20,000 bases of DNA. Origin: an uncultured virus (IMG/VR IMGVR_UViG_3300005573_001079). Lineage: Duplodnaviria > Heunggongvirae > Uroviricota > Caudoviricetes. The notes under the pieces were generated by a model. The model saw nothing but the letters and a program-made list of their open reading frames with translations. It did not search any database and was not told where the DNA came from. The DNA lies in IMG/VR virus record IMGVR_UViG_3300005573_001079, positions 108,926-128,925 of that record. The stretch is one strand, 5' to 3'. Shown here one piece after another: positions 17,736 through 20,000 of this stretch (position 1 is the first letter of the stretch; every line of letters begins with the position of its first letter). The position numbers were made by a program, and so were the translations under genes.

Positions 17736-18331
17736 TAGGACGTTCCTTCTATATTATTTATTTCTACTATAATATATAGTATATTTTCAAGTTTTTTCAT
17801 TTGTTCATCTGCCATAAAGGTAACTTTCTCTACGTAAGTAGATAAAGCAGTTGCTCTTGAAGCTCTGTAAGAGAGTTCTGTTATTTTATCTTGTAAATCT
17901 GCAAAAGTTTCTACTCCTTCTAAAAAATCAAAATCAGCTAAGTTAGATATTATTGTAGCTTGGTTTGAAGGTATCTTAAGAGGTACTTTTGTTGTTATTT
18001 CTTGTAACAAATCTGCAACTTCTGGAATTTCTTGTAATCCTAAAACTTCTAATGGAATAGATTTTAAAGTATTTCTTATTGGAGATAGTATAATATTCAA
18101 AGCATTAATAGAATTGTTAATTTTTGAAGATAATATATTTGCTTTATTACTTAATGTATTCAAAGTCCCTTTGTAAGATCTTAAATAAGAAAGTTTAGAA
18201 CTTAAATAGTCATAAATTACCATTCTTGTTGATCTGGTAAGATTTATAAGGGTTTGTGTTAAGACTGTCCAATAATCTCCAGATAAACCCAATTTGTTAC
18301 AAATTTGATATGCTATAGGAGAAACTTGCAT
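17735..18331 (-). CDS. Hypothetical alpha-helical protein in the baseplate module
   Basis: 198 aa, predicted amphipathic helices. TAATG coupling to the next gene. Confidence 0.7.
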   Translation of the reverse strand: MQVSPIAYQICNKLGLSGDYWTVLTQTLINLTRSTRMVIYDYLSSKLSYLRSYKGTLNTLSNKANILSSKINNSINALNIILSPIRNTLKSIPLEVLGLQEIPEVADLLQEITTKVPLKIPSNQATIISNLADFDFLEGVETFADLQDKITELSYRASRATALSTYVEKVTFMADEQMKKLENILYIIVEINNIEGTS

Positions 18332-18332
18332 T

Positions 18333-19262
18333 TTATGAGACCTTTACATTTAATATTGAAGATTTACTAACTCCTATTATTTTAGAAATAGAAGAAATTC
18401 CCCAAATTTTTCCAGACCACCCTACAGAAGTTCGATATAACTCAGTAGTGTTTAATACAGAAGATCCATTGTATCCTCCAAAACTTAATGCATAATCACT
18501 ATCTCCTGCTCCCCCTAATATATATCGTGGCACATTAAGTGTTGCAGAGTCTACTGCCCAAGAAGTGCCATTAAAAGTTTCTGTACTTGAAAGTACTCTA
18601 TTTGTAGAATTATAACCACCAAATACAATTATATTGGAAATTCCTGTACCTCCCGCTCCTCCATAACCTCTTGCAACATTTAAGCTATTTACTGTTACCC
18701 AAGATGTATCATCATATCTTTCACATACACTATAATAGTTAGATCCATCATATCCTCCTATTTTTAATCCTTGAGTTGTATTTACATATCCGTCTCCTCC
18801 TAATGGCCATCTTACTCCTATGCTTAAGTTAGGCCCAGTTGTCCACGATACTCCAGAATATAACTCAGAAGTGTATAATGCTGCATACCCTCCAAAAATG
18901 ACTGAACTTCCGTCTGCCCTTCCTATCGCTCCTAAATATTTTCTCGCGACGTTTGTGTTACTACTATATTCCCAAGACACTCCGTTGTAGTATTCCGTTG
19001 TATATGTATATGCATCTGCATCCCCATTTATTACAAAAGAAAGTATAAACCCAGGACTACTCGTAACACCCATTCCCCATCTTTGTAAATTTAATGAAGC
19101 AAGAGAAGACCAGGTACTACCACTAAAAAGCTCAACACTCGTTAAAGTACCACTAGATGTAGAAGTTCTCCCTCCAATTGCAAATGCAGATGCCCATCCT
19201 CCTCCCCCTCCTAAATAACATCTTGCTTGATTTAAATTTGATGTTACATACCATACTTTCAT
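18333..19262 (-). CDS. Six-bladed Kelch-repeat beta-propeller (putative virion receptor/glycan-binding protein)
   Basis: 309 aa. Six repeats (LNQAR, LNLQR, TNVAR, LSIGVR, LNVAR, LNVPR), most followed by GG...E.(Y/F).G..W. Short C-terminal GWSGKIWGISSISKIIGV tail. Confidence 0.85.
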   Translation of the reverse strand: MKVWYVTSNLNQARCYLGGGGGWASAFAIGGRTSTSSGTLTSVELFSGSTWSSLASLNLQRWGMGVTSSPGFILSFVINGDADAYTYTTEYYNGVSWEYSSNTNVARKYLGAIGRADGSSVIFGGYAALYTSELYSGVSWTTGPNLSIGVRWPLGGDGYVNTTQGLKIGGYDGSNYYSVCERYDDTSWVTVNSLNVARGYGGAGGTGISNIIVFGGYNSTNRVLSSTETFNGTSWAVDSATLNVPRYILGGAGDSDYALSFGGYNGSSVLNTTELYRTSVGWSGKIWGISSISKIIGVSKSSILNVKVS

Positions 19263-20000
19263 TACGCAATCTCCAAATATACATCGCTTGGTTTTATAAA
19301 TAATATGTTTGAAGTAAGCCCATAGCCAACTATTCTAACTTGTTGTCCAGAAGTAGTAGGAACAGTTGTTGTAATACCTCCCGCAGTAGTTGGACTAATA
19401 TAATAAACACTTCCTACGCTTATACCAGATGTTATAAAAGGTCCAAATAAAACAAACCTCCCTACATTATTAGCAGAAATAGAAGAACTTGCAACAGCAA
19501 TCAATCCTTTTGTAGTACTTTCACTGTTTGCTTGTGCTTTCCAAAATTTTCCATCGCTTTTTAAATAACAAACATTTCCTGCACTAAGATTTTCTCCTGC
19601 TGTAAAAGTTTCAACTATAGGATAAGAATTTAATAATAACGGAGAAGTTAATGTCCAATTATTTACACTTCCGCTTGCAGCTAATTGATTTATTTGATTC
19701 TGCAGATTATTATCTGCATTGATTCTATTTTGAATTTCATTAGTTAATGAACTTGAAACTGAAGTAATTTGACTTTGTAGATTATTATCTGCATTGATTC
19801 TGTTTTGAATTTCAGTTACAAGAGAACCTGAAACTAAAGTAATTTGGTTTTGTAGATTATTATCTGTGTTGATTCTGTCTTGAATTTCATTAGTTAATGA
19901 ACCTGAAACTAAAGTAATTTGGTTTTGTAGATTATTATCTGCATTGATTCTATTTTGGATTTCAGTAGTTAATGATCCACTAACTAAAGTAATTTGGTTT
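19262..20000 (-). CDS. Fibre protein (5'-truncated): coiled-coil repeat stalk plus C-terminal DUF2190/cement-like domain
   Basis: The 80-aa ORF in the track is only the C-terminus, since the frame is open to the window end. Translation: (NQITLVSGSLTTEIQNRINADNNLQ)x4-NQINQLAASGSV...FTAGENLSAGNVCYLKSDGKFWKAQAN...GSVYYISPTTAGGITTTVPTTSGQQVRIVGYG. Confidence 0.8.
   Translation of the reverse strand, partial: NQITLVSGSLTTEIQNRINADNNLQNQITLVSGSLTNEIQDRINTDNNLQNQITLVSGSLVTEIQNRINADNNLQSQITSVSSSLTNEIQNRINADNNLQNQINQLAASGSVNNWTLTSPLLLNSYPIVETFTAGENLSAGNVCYLKSDGKFWKAQANSESTTKGLIAVASSSISANNVGRFVLFGPFITSGISVGSVYYISPTTAGGITTTVPTTSGQQVRIVGYGLTSNILFIKPSDVYLEIA
19692..20000. repeat. 75-bp coding tandem repeat, at least 4 copies (25-aa unit)
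   Basis: Units start at 19692, 19767, 19842, 19917 and 19992, with shared core TAGATTATTATCTG(C/T)(A/G)TTGATTCT. Continues past the window edge. Confidence 0.95.

Noticed and set aside
8496..18331. Extracellular contractile injection system or tailocin rather than phage
   Set aside because: No sheath, tube, AAA ATPase or DUF4157 markers are visible, and the FmdB, GT4 pair and small hypotheticals look more like a large phage. Not formally excluded, because no capsid or terminase gene is in the window.
19262..19504. 80-aa ORF as a stand-alone gene
   Set aside because: Its TTG start is internal. The frame stays open to position 20000, so it is the C-terminus of a longer fibre gene.
19692..20000. 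CRISPR array
   Set aside because: Contiguous 75-bp in-frame coding repeats with no unique spacers.
1..20000. Stop-codon reassignment (alternative genetic code)
   Set aside because: Standard-code ORFs tile the minus strand almost completely, and TAA, TGA and TAG all occur as genuine stops.

Overview
An AT-rich, gene-dense segment of a large tailed phage or prophage, probably with a contractile tail. All credible genes lie on the minus strand. In transcription order (right to left) the structural module encodes: a partial fibre protein with 25-aa coiled-coil repeats, a six-bladed Kelch propeller, a helical unknown, a Zn-finger-bearing gp25-like wedge protein, baseplate J, a baseplate-wedge/LamG-like protein, two proteins with Sec-type signal peptides (157 aa fibre-adaptor-like; 940 aa GLUG-type adhesin-like) and a tail-fibre-like protein. 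It runs directly into at least six glycosyltransferase genes (seven GT domains: four GT4, three GT2-like), interrupted by a 460-bp non-coding region full of palindromes. The most notable signal is two different Ser/Thr motif populations. Non-secreted structural proteins are enriched in [ST]-G-S, while the two secreted proteins are enriched in the Bacteroidota O-glycosylation sequon D-[ST]-[AILVMT]. This suggests a two-route virion glycosylation system, using phage GTs in the cytoplasm and host O-glycosylation of exported appendages, probably in an FCB-group host. All family calls come from motif recognition by eye and no database search was run.
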